NCBI GenBank assembly: GCA_001787205.1
Contig: MFWB01000008.1
Coordinates: forward strand, 101,644-165,643
From: Candidatus Nomurabacteria bacterium RIFOXYB1_FULL_39_16
Lineage (GTDB): Bacteria; Patescibacteriota; Minisyncoccia; Phycocordibacterales; UBA9973
Reading direction: 5' to 3'
DNA: 64,000 nt
A program made the translations under genes and the position numbers. How positions within the stretch are numbered: position 1 is the first letter of the stretch; the number at the start of each line of letters is the position of its first letter. The notes under the pieces are model-generated. The model ran no database searches and was not told the origin of the DNA. It saw only the letters and a program-made list of their open reading frames with translations. Of the stretch, positions 10,502 through 19,972 are shown one piece after another.

Positions 10502-12643
10502 ATGCGACTCAAATCACTTCTCTTGAATGGTTTCAAATCTTTCGCCCAGAAAACTGTTTTGGAGTTTGAGAGTCCTATCGTCTCCATCGTGGGGCCGAAC
10601 GGGTCCGGCAAGTCAAATGTCGTAGAGGCTATTCGTTTCGTCTTGGGTGAACAATCCATGAAATCTATGCGCGGGAAGGGAGGTTCTGACCTCGTTTTCA
10701 AGGGGTCTAAAGACTTACCGAAAGGTTCGCGCGCGGCAGTGACTATTTATTTTAATAACACGGACAAAGTTTTCAAATTATCCAATGATGGGGGAGAAGA
10801 TATAAATTTGGATTACGACGTCATTTCTATTTCTCGCGAAGTTTATTCGGATGGATTGAATAAATATATTTTAAACGGCACCGAAGTCAGGCTCAAAGAC
10901 ATCCACAACTTGCTGTCTTCGGTTAATATCGGTTCTTCCGGACATCATATAATTTCTCAAGGTGAAGCGGATAGAATTTTGAATGCCAGCGCCAGAGACA
11001 GAAAAGAAATGGTGGAAGACGCGCTAGGATTGCGGATTTATCAATACAAAATAAAAGAATCCGAAAGAAAACTGGAAAGAACGAACGAAAATATGAAGGA
11101 AGTGGTGATGTTGAGACGAGAAAATGCTCCGCATCTTAATTTTTTGAAGAAACAAGTTGAGAAATTTGAAAAGACCAAAGAAATGCAGGTGGAATTGGGA
11201 CTTCTTTATAGGGGATATCTCAACAAAGAGAGCGTTTATCTAGAACAAGAGAAAAATAATTTATCATCCGAAAGGAATAAACTTAAAAATGAACTCGATG
11301 TTGTGGCAGGCAAGATTTCTCTCACCGAAGATAACACTTCTGTTAGCGGTAATAAGAAAATAGAAGAATTAAGAATCGTTGAACAACAAATAAATAGAGT
11401 TCGTGGAACCAAGAACGAGCTTGAGCGTAAGCTTGGGCGCATTGAAGGAATTCTGGAGTCAAGAGAAAATAAAGTTAAAATTTCCGGTAGATGTCCTTTG
11501 TGTGGAAGTGAAATAAAAGATGGAGAAGCTGGACAGATAGAAAAACAGCATAATGAAGAAAAGGAATTGGAGGAATTGAAGATTTCTCAAACCAATGTTC
11601 TTTCGGAAATCCAAAAATTGCGAGAAGAGGAGGAAAAATTGGCTCAAAATGCGGAAATTTTGAAACAAGATTTGAATAAAGAGATGGAAGCGTTGCGCGA
11701 CCTTGAAAGAGAGAAGTTTGCTTTTAAGGTCAGGCACCAGGAAATAACTTCTGCGCTTGAGCTTGTGTTTATAAAAGAAACAAATTTGAAAAATAGGAGA
11801 GAAACTTTTGAAAATGAGTTAAAAGAGGGGACAGCCTTAATAGGCGCGGATATTTTGTCCTACAAAGAGTTTAAAATAGAAGAAGGGGAAGATAATCAGA
11901 CCCAAGAAGAACTGAAGAAAAAGATTGAACGCATAAAAATAAAATTAGAGGATGCGGGACTCGGCAATGGGGCGGAGCTCTTGAAGGAGTTCAAGGAGGT
12001 TTCCGACAGGGATGACTTCCTGGCTAGAGAGATGGAGGATTTGGAGAAGAGTATCGCTTCATTACAGAAGCTCATTGTGGATTTGAAAGAAAAAATTGAT
12101 ATAGAATTCAAAGAAGGGGTGAAAAAAATAAATGTTGAGTTCCAGGAATTCTTCTCTCTGATGTTTGGCGGTGGACACGGTTCGCTCGCTGTCGTAGAAA
12201 ATAAAAAAAGAAGAAATATTAAAGACTCTGAGGAATTAGAAGGTGAAGAATTAGAATCTGGAGTTGATGAAGAAGAAGCAGTGATAGAACAGGGGATAGA
12301 GATAAATGTTTCTCTTCCGCACAAAAAGGTGAAAGAACTTCATGCTTTCTCCGGAGGAGAGAGGTCTCTCACTTCCATCGCGCTTCTGTTCGCTATGTCG
12401 CAAGTCAACCCGCCTCCTTTCCTAGTGCTAGATGAGACGGATGCCGCCCTAGATGAAGCAAATTCGCGCAAATACGGAGATATGTTGGAGAAACTATCCA
12501 AGCATTCACAGCTCATCGTCGTCACCCACAATCGTGAGACGATGTCCCGTGCCGGTATACTCTACGGTGTCACGATAGGCTCAAACGAGGCTTCCAAGCT
12601 CCTATCCGTAAAATTTGAAGAAGCTACCCAGATTGCGAAATAA
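10502..12643 (+). CDS. smc: SMC-family ATPase, short (713 aa), with central CPLC motif and no evident hinge
   Basis: GFKSFA, Walker A GPNGSGKSN, Q-loop ISQG, signature FSGGE, Walker B LDETDAALD, H-loop VTH; follows rnc. Confidence 0.8.
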   Translation: MRLKSLLLNGFKSFAQKTVLEFESPIVSIVGPNGSGKSNVVEAIRFVLGEQSMKSMRGKGGSDLVFKGSKDLPKGSRAAVTIYFNNTDKVFKLSNDGGEDINLDYDVISISREVYSDGLNKYILNGTEVRLKDIHNLLSSVNIGSSGHHIISQGEADRILNASARDRKEMVEDALGLRIYQYKIKESERKLERTNENMKEVVMLRRENAPHLNFLKKQVEKFEKTKEMQVELGLLYRGYLNKESVYLEQEKNNLSSERNKLKNELDVVAGKISLTEDNTSVSGNKKIEELRIVEQQINRVRGTKNELERKLGRIEGILESRENKVKISGRCPLCGSEIKDGEAGQIEKQHNEEKELEELKISQTNVLSEIQKLREEEEKLAQNAEILKQDLNKEMEALRDLEREKFAFKVRHQEITSALELVFIKETNLKNRRETFENELKEGTALIGADILSYKEFKIEEGEDNQTQEELKKKIERIKIKLEDAGLGNGAELLKEFKEVSDRDDFLAREMEDLEKSIASLQKLIVDLKEKIDIEFKEGVKKINVEFQEFFSLMFGGGHGSLAVVENKKRRNIKDSEELEGEELESGVDEEEAVIEQGIEINVSLPHKKVKELHAFSGGERSLTSIALLFAMSQVNPPPFLVLDETDAALDEANSRKYGDMLEKLSKHSQLIVVTHNRETMSRAGILYGVTIGSNEASKLLSVKFEEATQIAK

Positions 12644-12690
12644 AATTGATTTGTGTCTTTTTTATTATAAATTTTGTATAATATTCAATA

Positions 12691-13212
12691 ATGAAAAGCA
12701 ACAATAAAAAAGGCTTTACTCTGATAGAACTATTGGTTGTTGTTGCTATTATTGGCCTTTTAGCCTCAGTTGTTATATCATCATTGAATTCGGCCAGGAA
12801 AAAGGCGCGAGATGCGCAAAGAAAGTCCGATGTTCATCAACTTGTTATCGCTTTGGAATTATATTATGACGCATATGGTGTTTATCCCACCGCAACAGGG
12901 GCGACAGCTCCCGGCGCAGCCTGGGCAAACAGCGCTGATGGTTCTTGGACAACCCTTGCTACCGCGCTAAGCCCGTTTCTCCCCAGTTTGGCTAAAGACC
13001 CGTTGCAAACCACAAACCCGAGTGTATGGGCGTATAACGGATTTGCTTATTCTTATCTTCGTTGTAGCACCAATAACTCATATATGTTCATATATCACTT
13101 GGAAGAGGCTAAAGGTCCCGATTTCGGTACTTTTTGTAATTCTACATTTTATAAATATGGCGGAGCGGGAGCAAATACTTATGTAAAGACAATAGGAGGC
13201 AAGCCTTCCTAG
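12691..13212 (+). CDS. Type IV pilin / pseudopilin G-like protein
   Basis: Class III signal KKG|FTLIELLVVVAIIGLLA, ARKKARDAQR. Confidence 0.9.
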   Translation: MKSNNKKGFTLIELLVVVAIIGLLASVVISSLNSARKKARDAQRKSDVHQLVIALELYYDAYGVYPTATGATAPGAAWANSADGSWTTLATALSPFLPSLAKDPLQTTNPSVWAYNGFAYSYLRCSTNNSYMFIYHLEEAKGPDFGTFCNSTFYKYGGAGANTYVKTIGGKPS

Positions 13213-15146
13213 ACTTCTTTATTGGGTTTTATCTCCTCTAGTTTTATCTGTTCCTCTTTACCAGGAGTTATTTTTTCCAATTGAAAAACGGAATTTAATT
13301 GTGTAGCATTTTTCCGTACTGCCATAGAACCGTCTCTGTTTAATTTTATTTCCAAAATCATTCCTTGCATTGTGGGTTTACTCCAAGATTGATCAAAAAT
13401 GAAGTTGCCGAGCGAGTAAGCGATGAAACCGTTTTTATAAATTTCCGTGTCTTCCGTGACGTGTGGGTGGTGTCCTATCACTATCTTCGCTCCGTCATCT
13501 ATGGCTTTATGCGCCAGGTACTCTTGCCTTGCATTATGCTTTTCTTTATATTCGTCGCCGAAGTGGAAAGAAACTACCAAGTAGTCTACCTGTTTGGACG
13601 CGGTAAATATTATTTCATCAAAGCGAGGATTGTTTGTTAAGAGTAGGCCGGCTTTATCAACTCCTGCTTCCATCCAGTTTGGTCCGACGTCTGAGAAAGC
13701 CAGATAGCCTATTTTCATTCCATATTTTTCAATAATAACTGGAGTTTCGGATTCTTCTTTATTCTGTCCGCCACCCGTATAGAAAATCTCGTTTTCTTTC
13801 AAGCGGGCCAAGGTGTCGGCATAGGCGAGTCTGCCCCAGTCCCCGACGTGATTGTTGGCAACCGACAAGATGCTTATTCCCGCTCCTTTTAAAGCTGGAA
13901 TCACGGAAGGATCCATCCTAAAAGAATATAAATTTTTCTGGTCAGCCCCTTGGTCAGAAGCAGGACCTTCTAAGTTTGCGAAAGCTATGTCTGCTTTTTT
14001 AAATATTTCCGACAGTTTCTTTTCTTTTTCAAAAAGCGCGGAATAGTTGCCTCCGAAATTTCTAATAACCGAACTTTCCACCCCGCGATCAAGCATAATG
14101 TCTCCCGCGAAGGCGAGCATTACGAAATTAGGGTCTTTAATGTCCGGTGTTCCGACTTTCTCCTCCACCCAGTTTGTGTTTGCGTCGGCCTTACCACCGT
14201 AATATATATTTTTTCTCAAGTACTTTAAAATACTTTCCACATCTCTCTCCCTGTCGGAGCTTCCAAGCAAGGTAATGGCGATGGGGCGGTTGCTGTTTTG
14301 TCCCAAGGGGAGGGAGAAAAGAGAGACAACTGTTTGTTTGGCGGCATCGGTATATCCGCTTTTCCCTCCGATGTAACCGTCTTTACCCAAAAATTGGCTT
14401 ATGTTTGACCAGCTGTGTTTTTTATTTGAATAGCTTTGCTTGGTTGTGATTTCAAGCAGTTCGGGTTGTTGTTTCGTAATATATCCGGTCAGTTTAAACA
14501 TATCGGCAACAGTGGATTGATTGTTGGGGGATAGTCCGCTCGGGTCTTGGTAAACAGTCTCGGACATTTTCAATTTATCTGCCTTTTGATTCATTTTAGA
14601 AATGAAATCCTCTCTGCCGAAATATAAAGCGAGCGCTTCCGCCGCGTCATTGCTTGATTCTAAGAGAAGGGGATAGATTAAGTCGGAAACTTTTATTTTT
14701 TCTCCCAGTCGCAACTCGCCGTTTTTGCCGTAGGTGGCTAACGCCTCTTTGCTTATCGTTGTCGTGTTTTCGGGTTTGGTTATTTCTGTGGTGACTACCG
14801 CGGTCATTAGTTTAGAAACGGAAGCGATCGGTAATTTCTTGTCCTGATTTTTCGCTACGATAACTTCACCGGTATCTAAATCTCCGACTAGAAATGCTCT
14901 GGCGGAAACCTTCGGCCCCACGGAGGCTTCTTTGTTGGTGTAAAAGTACTGAAATCCTTCTTCCGAGGGCGCGGTAATTTCCATCACGGAAGCTTGACCC
15001 GCTTGCGCAGATAGACGGCCTTTTGATTCTATTAAATTTCCATTTTCAAATATTGAAAACAAAAAAGACGAAAAAAGTATTCCGGCTGCTACCGAAAATA
15101 TTACAAAAAATACTAATTTAATTTTTGCTTTGGCGACTGCTTTCAT
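13209..15146 (-). CDS. Fusion of D-Ala-D-Ala carboxypeptidase (peptidase S11) and CapA/PGA_cap metallophosphatase-like domain
   Basis: PIASVSK (SxxK), SSND (SxN), GKSG (KTG-like); then GDIML, NLEG, ANNH..D, HFGDEY, GHHPH, YSLGNF. Confidence 0.88.
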   Translation of the reverse strand: MKAVAKAKIKLVFFVIFSVAAGILFSSFLFSIFENGNLIESKGRLSAQAGQASVMEITAPSEEGFQYFYTNKEASVGPKVSARAFLVGDLDTGEVIVAKNQDKKLPIASVSKLMTAVVTTEITKPENTTTISKEALATYGKNGELRLGEKIKVSDLIYPLLLESSNDAAEALALYFGREDFISKMNQKADKLKMSETVYQDPSGLSPNNQSTVADMFKLTGYITKQQPELLEITTKQSYSNKKHSWSNISQFLGKDGYIGGKSGYTDAAKQTVVSLFSLPLGQNSNRPIAITLLGSSDRERDVESILKYLRKNIYYGGKADANTNWVEEKVGTPDIKDPNFVMLAFAGDIMLDRGVESSVIRNFGGNYSALFEKEKKLSEIFKKADIAFANLEGPASDQGADQKNLYSFRMDPSVIPALKGAGISILSVANNHVGDWGRLAYADTLARLKENEIFYTGGGQNKEESETPVIIEKYGMKIGYLAFSDVGPNWMEAGVDKAGLLLTNNPRFDEIIFTASKQVDYLVVSFHFGDEYKEKHNARQEYLAHKAIDDGAKIVIGHHPHVTEDTEIYKNGFIAYSLGNFIFDQSWSKPTMQGMILEIKLNRDGSMAVRKNATQLNSVFQLEKITPGKEEQIKLEEIKPNKEV

Positions 15147-17134
15147 ACTAAGACATAATCAATTGTTTTTCTTTCTAAATCAACCCCTCTGACTTTTATT
15201 TTAATGCGGTGCCCAAGTCTATACACCTTTTTCTTTTTTTGTCCGACTAATTCCAATTTCTTTTCATTGAAGACATAAAAGTCGTCTTCCATATCCCGCA
15301 TCCGCACGAGTCCTTCACATTTTGTCTCTATTTCCTCAACATACATACCCCACTCTGTCATTCCACTGATTACTCCGTCAAAGATTTTTCCCAAACGATG
15401 ACCCATATATTCCACTTGTTTGTATTTTATAGAAGCTCGTTCGGCGTCAGAGGCGCGTTTCTCTTGTTCGGAAGCTACCAACGCCATTTTTTCGTATTCA
15501 ACCAATCTTTCTTTTCCTATTTTTTTCTTTGCCAAGTAATTAGATAGAAGTCTGTGAATCATAATGTCGGGGTAGCGCCTGATAGGAGAGGTGAAGTGAG
15601 TGTAATACTTAAAAGCAAGTCCGTAATGCCCGATATTTTTTGTTGAATAAATAGCTTTGGCCATAGACCGAATTACCGCTCGGTTTACAGTGTCTTCTTC
15701 ATTTTTTCCCTCTATACTATTTAATAGATTGTTTATCTCATGGCTGGGAATAATTCCATCTCTGAGAGATACTTTATGCCCCAATCCTCGCAGGAAAAAT
15801 GCCAAATCAGCCATCTTTTCCTTAGAGGGCTCATCATGAACTCTGTAAATAGACACCCCCTCGTTGTCCGCCGCGCTCTTTATTCCTTTGCTGTTCTTGG
15901 GTGACAGAACCTCTGCCACTTTTTTATTAGCCAGGAGCATAAATTCTTCAATTAATTTATTTGAATCTCCTCGCTCTTTTTTTATCACTTTTATCGGCGC
16001 CCCATCCTTGTCCAAGACGAACTTCACCTCTTCTTGTTCGAGCGATATTGCGCCCTGCGCGAATCTTTCTTTGGTTAATTTTTTCGCTAGGTTGTTTAAA
16101 ATGGCGAGCTCTTTGTGAAGGGGAGAGGTGGCCTTTTTAATTGATTCTTCCGCTTCTTCATAAGTAAATCTTTTTTGCGAATGTATTACCGTGGGGCCGA
16201 ACCACTCACTCTTTACCTTGGCATTTTTATCAATTACAAAGATAGCACTCATAGTGAGTCGGTCCTTGTGGGGGACAAGACTACACAAATCATTAGAAAG
16301 AACTTCTGGGAGCATCGGTATCGTCCTGTCCACCAGATATACCGAAGTTCCGCGTTCTCTGGCTTCAGCATCGAGCGCGCTACCGGGCTTCACATAATGT
16401 GATACGTCGGCGATGTGTATGCCAACCTCGTAGAGGTCCGTCTCCCCCTGCGAAGGGGGAGTGCCCGAAGGGCGAGGGGGTCTAATTACACAAAATGAAA
16501 TAGCGTCATCAAAGTCTTTTGCATCCGAGGGGTCAATAGTGAAGGTTAAAGTCTTTCTCATATCTCGGCGTCCTTCATAATCAGCGCTCTTTATTCCGTC
16601 TTGTTTTATTTTTCTCGCTTCAAGCTCCACCTTCTCTGGGAGTTCCGAGTCAAAGCCCTTCTCTATCGCTATCGCGTGCATCTCGGCGTTGTTGTCACCC
16701 GGTCTGCCTAATATTTTTATTATTTTACCCTCCGGCGCCTTGCGAGCGTCTTTCCAAGAAACTATTTCCACGAATATTTTCTGTCCTACCTTAGCGTTGT
16801 TAAGATACTCCTTCGGAATCAGAATATCGGTGTACATTTTCGTATCGTCAGGTTTCAGGAAAAATAGTTTGTTCTCTGTTTCCAGCACTCCAGTAAAACG
16901 AGTTTTCCCGCGAGAAATAATTTTTGAAACTTCGGCTGTCTGTCGTCCGTATTTTTTCGGGTGCAAAATTATCTCCACCATATCCCCGTGCAGAGCAGTA
17001 TGGAGATGTTTGAAGTCAATTTCCGGGTCTTGCCCCTTTTCTTTTACCCCTTCAATGGCCACATATCCCGTGCCTTTTGCAGAGATAGATATAATACCTT
17101 GCAATTTGTTTACCTTTCTTCCCTTATGTTTCAT
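15143..17134 (-). CDS. rnr: Ribonuclease R
   Basis: TIDPSDAKDFDDA, HIADVS, IEEFMLLAN, HFTSPIRRYPD, C-terminal S1 domain. Confidence 0.96.
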   Translation of the reverse strand: MKHKGRKVNKLQGIISISAKGTGYVAIEGVKEKGQDPEIDFKHLHTALHGDMVEIILHPKKYGRQTAEVSKIISRGKTRFTGVLETENKLFFLKPDDTKMYTDILIPKEYLNNAKVGQKIFVEIVSWKDARKAPEGKIIKILGRPGDNNAEMHAIAIEKGFDSELPEKVELEARKIKQDGIKSADYEGRRDMRKTLTFTIDPSDAKDFDDAISFCVIRPPRPSGTPPSQGETDLYEVGIHIADVSHYVKPGSALDAEARERGTSVYLVDRTIPMLPEVLSNDLCSLVPHKDRLTMSAIFVIDKNAKVKSEWFGPTVIHSQKRFTYEEAEESIKKATSPLHKELAILNNLAKKLTKERFAQGAISLEQEEVKFVLDKDGAPIKVIKKERGDSNKLIEEFMLLANKKVAEVLSPKNSKGIKSAADNEGVSIYRVHDEPSKEKMADLAFFLRGLGHKVSLRDGIIPSHEINNLLNSIEGKNEEDTVNRAVIRSMAKAIYSTKNIGHYGLAFKYYTHFTSPIRRYPDIMIHRLLSNYLAKKKIGKERLVEYEKMALVASEQEKRASDAERASIKYKQVEYMGHRLGKIFDGVISGMTEWGMYVEEIETKCEGLVRMRDMEDDFYVFNEKKLELVGQKKKKVYRLGHRIKIKVRGVDLERKTIDYVLV
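16441..16482. repeat. Small GC-rich double-hairpin element inserted in frame in rnr
   Basis: TCTCCCCCTGCGAAGGGGGAGTGCCCGAAGGGCGAGGGGGTC, encoding RPPRPSGTPPSQGE on the minus strand. Confidence 0.7.
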
Positions 17135-17201
17135 TTCTCTTAATATAACACAAATATTGAAAATACATTGCTTTTTTAAGTTTTTATGTTAAACTCTTTC
17201 T

Positions 17202-17510
17202 ATGTTAAAAATAAGACTTCAGAGAATTGGTAGGAAGAACGACCCGTCGTTTCGGGCTGTTTTAACTGACTCAAAAAATAGCACCAAGAGCGGAAAATTC
17301 TTGGAAATTTTAGGCACCTACAATCCGAAGGCCGGAGAGAAAAATTTACTCTCGGACAGGATAAAATATTGGATGAGCAAGGGAGCAAAATGTTCAGACA
17401 CGATGCACAATTTCTTAGTGCAGGATAAAGTCATTTCTGGCAAGAAAATAAACGTTTTACCTAAAAAGAAGCCCACAGTGAAGAGGAAGGAGTTGAAAGC
17501 GAAAAAGTAA
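17202..17510 (+). CDS. rpsP: 30S ribosomal protein S16
   Basis: MLKIRLQRIGRKNDPSFR...FLEILGTYNP...YWMSKGA. Confidence 0.96.
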   Translation: MLKIRLQRIGRKNDPSFRAVLTDSKNSTKSGKFLEILGTYNPKAGEKNLLSDRIKYWMSKGAKCSDTMHNFLVQDKVISGKKINVLPKKKPTVKRKELKAKK

Positions 17511-17594
17511 TATCCTATAATTACAGCAAAGCAGTGTCGGTCGTAAACTGCCAAGAAAATTTTAAATTAAAAATATAAATAATTCTGAAACACC

Positions 17595-17954
17595 ATGGAA
17601 GAACATGATAAGATATTTCTAGAATATGTGGTGAAGGCTCTCGTAGATAATCCGAACGATGTGAAAATTGATCGTACGGTGGACGAGATGGGTGTGCTCA
17701 TTACTCTTACCGTCAATCCTGCCGATATGGGCAAGATCATCGGAAGAATGGGTAACACTGCGAAAGCTATCCGCACCTTGCTCCGCATCATTGGTATGAA
17801 GAACAATGCTCGCGTTAATCTGAAGATCAATGAACCTGCAGGAAGTATGAGACCGGAGAGACCTATGATAGGTTCAACCGGTAGCGGGATGGGCGCTGCT
17901 CCAGCAACTCTAAAAACAGTTGATGAAGCAATGGAAGAATTGAAAGGAATCTAG
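17595..17954 (+). CDS. khpA: KH-domain RNA-binding protein KhpA (UPF0109)
   Basis: LVDNPNDV...DMGKIIGRMGNTAKAIRTLL; conserved position after rpsP. Confidence 0.9.
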   Translation: MEEHDKIFLEYVVKALVDNPNDVKIDRTVDEMGVLITLTVNPADMGKIIGRMGNTAKAIRTLLRIIGMKNNARVNLKINEPAGSMRPERPMIGSTGSGMGAAPATLKTVDEAMEELKGI

Positions 17955-17972
17955 TTTCAATAAAAAACAAGC

Positions 17973-18002
17973 AAAAAACACTCTCGCAAGGGGGTGTTTT
18001 TT
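17973..18002 (+). terminator. Intrinsic terminator
   Basis: AAAAAACACTCTC-GCAA-GGGGGTGTTTTTT. Confidence 0.8.
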
Positions 18003-18082
18003 GATTTTGACTTTTGTCGCGAAATATGATGTACTGAGAAAAGAATTCACGAGCTCTTCGAGAAAAGAGAGGGAGGTGAGAC

Positions 18083-18304
18083 GTGAGAATGGACGGATTC
18101 AAGATCCCAATCTTGAAAACCAAGGCATCTCAGCGTGTGGAGGGCCTTGAGGTGTATAACGTTCTCGGATATTACCAAGTTGGAGAAGTCCTTCTTGAGA
18201 TTGACGAGAACGATCCCGAAGTTCAGCGGATAGTATCTGAGTTCCTCGCGAAAATTCTTCCACACGTCAAAACGACCAAGCCACAGGACTTGGTCACTAG
18301 CTAG
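18083..18304 (+). CDS. GC-rich orphan protein (islet gene 1)
   Basis: Strong SD GGAGGTGA before GTG/ATG; upstream TTGACT-17-TGTACT promoter. Confidence 0.6.
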   Translation: MRMDGFKIPILKTKASQRVEGLEVYNVLGYYQVGEVLLEIDENDPEVQRIVSEFLAKILPHVKTTKPQDLVTS

Positions 18305-18315
18305 GAGGAGTACTC

Positions 18316-18663
18316 ATGAACCAGGTCGTGAACCCTGAGTGTGATACTCGGGTCATCTATCCTGGCGTCCTTCGGGGCGACAGGATGGAACCCAAGATTG
18401 TCACTATCACCCACAAGCCGAAGCTGACGTTGTCGGGGTGTCGGAAGTGTGGCAGCTTCCGTTACCTCGTAAACGCGCAGCTCGTGTGCTGTCAGACTCA
18501 GACGTCTTGCCCAGACTGTGGATGGACGACGACGGGGTGCGCCGTGTGGGTTGGGTCTCGCGCAGGTCAACCCGTCGAAAGGTCCATCTTCTCCGTGGAG
18601 ATACCCGAGGCCCTGAAGAGGAATATCAGGGAGCGGGAAGAGCAGAAACAGAAGGAGGGGTGA
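18316..18663 (+). CDS. GC-rich orphan zinc-ribbon protein (islet gene 2)
   Basis: SD AGGAGG; CRKCG and CPDCG pairs. Confidence 0.65.
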   Translation: MNQVVNPECDTRVIYPGVLRGDRMEPKIVTITHKPKLTLSGCRKCGSFRYLVNAQLVCCQTQTSCPDCGWTTTGCAVWVGSRAGQPVERSIFSVEIPEALKRNIREREEQKQKEG

Positions 18664-18665
18664 GG

Positions 18666-18980
18666 ATGAAGTGTCCTCATGATGGATGTGGGAGTCTTGA
18701 CCTTATCCCCAACCATAAGAACGGGGCGGTCACATGTCTTACGTGTGGGTTCACGTCCTTCCATCCCAACCCCCAGCAGGAGACGATGATGTGCGAAGCT
18801 GCCGAAGTTAGGAACTCTGGAAACCTGTCAGTGGGCGTTCCGGAAGAGCCGACCGGATACGTCGACCTCCCGCCAGGGTTCGGGGCTCTCGGGTACGACG
18901 ACCCGGGGGCCAAGGTGAAAAAGAAGGAGCCCGAACCCCCGATCTTCTACGACGATCTACCCCGCGTTCTCGCGGGGTGA
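18666..18980 (+). CDS. GC-rich orphan protein with N-terminal TFIIB-like zinc ribbon (islet gene 3)
   Basis: SD GGAGGGGGTG; MKCPHDGCGSLDLIPNHKNGAVTCLTCGF followed by an acidic Pro-rich tail. Confidence 0.65.
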   Translation: MKCPHDGCGSLDLIPNHKNGAVTCLTCGFTSFHPNPQQETMMCEAAEVRNSGNLSVGVPEEPTGYVDLPPGFGALGYDDPGAKVKKKEPEPPIFYDDLPRVLAG

Positions 18981-19019
18981 CAATCAGGGCCCGAGAGAGC
19001 CCCATATAATCTCTCGCAC

Positions 19020-19062
19020 GGCCGGCTTCGCTTTCTGAGCGTCGCCGGCCTTCCCATTTTTA
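19020..19062 (+). terminator. GC-rich hairpin closing the islet
   Basis: GGCCGGC...GCCGGCC stem followed by TTCCCATTTTT. Confidence 0.55.
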
Positions 19063-19091
19063 ATAGAAAATTTTCGTGCCATAATACATAT

Positions 19092-19763
19092 ATGCATTTT
19101 CATATAATCACAATTTTTCCCGAGATGTTTGATTCTTACTTAAAAGAATCTATTCTTGGGCGCGCAACGAGAAACAAGATAATTTCTTTCAATTTTTATA
19201 ATCCTAGAGATTTTATTAAGGCACCCAAGAACAACTATAGACCAGTAGATGATAAGCCCTACGGCGGAGGTCCGGGAATGGTCATGCGAGCCGAACCAAT
19301 TTTGAAAGCGGTAGAAGCCTCCTTAAAAAAAATTAAGGGCAAGAAAGTGTTGATTATTAATTTTATTCCTAGCGCTCCAAAATTCACTACTCCTTTCGCT
19401 AAAATATTTTCTAAAAAATATACGGATATTATTTTAATCTGTGGGAGATATGAGGGGATAGATTCGCGGGTAGAAAAAGTAATTAAAAATTTAAAATTTA
19501 AAATTATAAATTTGTCCATTGGGGATTATGTCCTGACGGGTGGGGAATTGCCAGCGATGGTTTTAGTAGACTCCATCTCTCGCCAGATTCCCGGGGTTTT
19601 GGGCAAATATGAATCCCTAGAAGAAGAACGCGTCTCAAGCAGTGAAGTTTACACTCGTCCCGAGATTTTAAAATATGGCGGGAAAAACTACAAAGTACCG
19701 AAAGTCTTACTTTCCGGCAACCATAAGAAGATAGAAGAGTGGAAAAATTTGACAAAAAAGTAA
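19092..19763 (+). CDS. trmD: tRNA (guanine-N1)-methyltransferase
   Basis: VDDKPYGGGPGMVM, CGRYEGIDSR, SIGDYVLTGGELPA, VLLSGNH. Confidence 0.97.
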   Translation: MHFHIITIFPEMFDSYLKESILGRATRNKIISFNFYNPRDFIKAPKNNYRPVDDKPYGGGPGMVMRAEPILKAVEASLKKIKGKKVLIINFIPSAPKFTTPFAKIFSKKYTDIILICGRYEGIDSRVEKVIKNLKFKIINLSIGDYVLTGGELPAMVLVDSISRQIPGVLGKYESLEEERVSSSEVYTRPEILKYGGKNYKVPKVLLSGNHKKIEEWKNLTKK

Positions 19764-19972
19764 AAAAGGAGTAAGGTGTTCTGGATTCATTGATTGAGTA
19801 TCGGATGCAATCCTGTGTATATTCTGTTTTTTGTTTTGGGGTATATTAATAGGGTTTTAGCTTAATCATCTAAATAAACCAAGAAGATTTATAGAGAAGC
19901 TAGAGAAAAGCATTTTTCGTCTGTTTTTCCCTGTCATCTCTTTGTTTTTTTCTTTTATTTGGAAAAATAACT

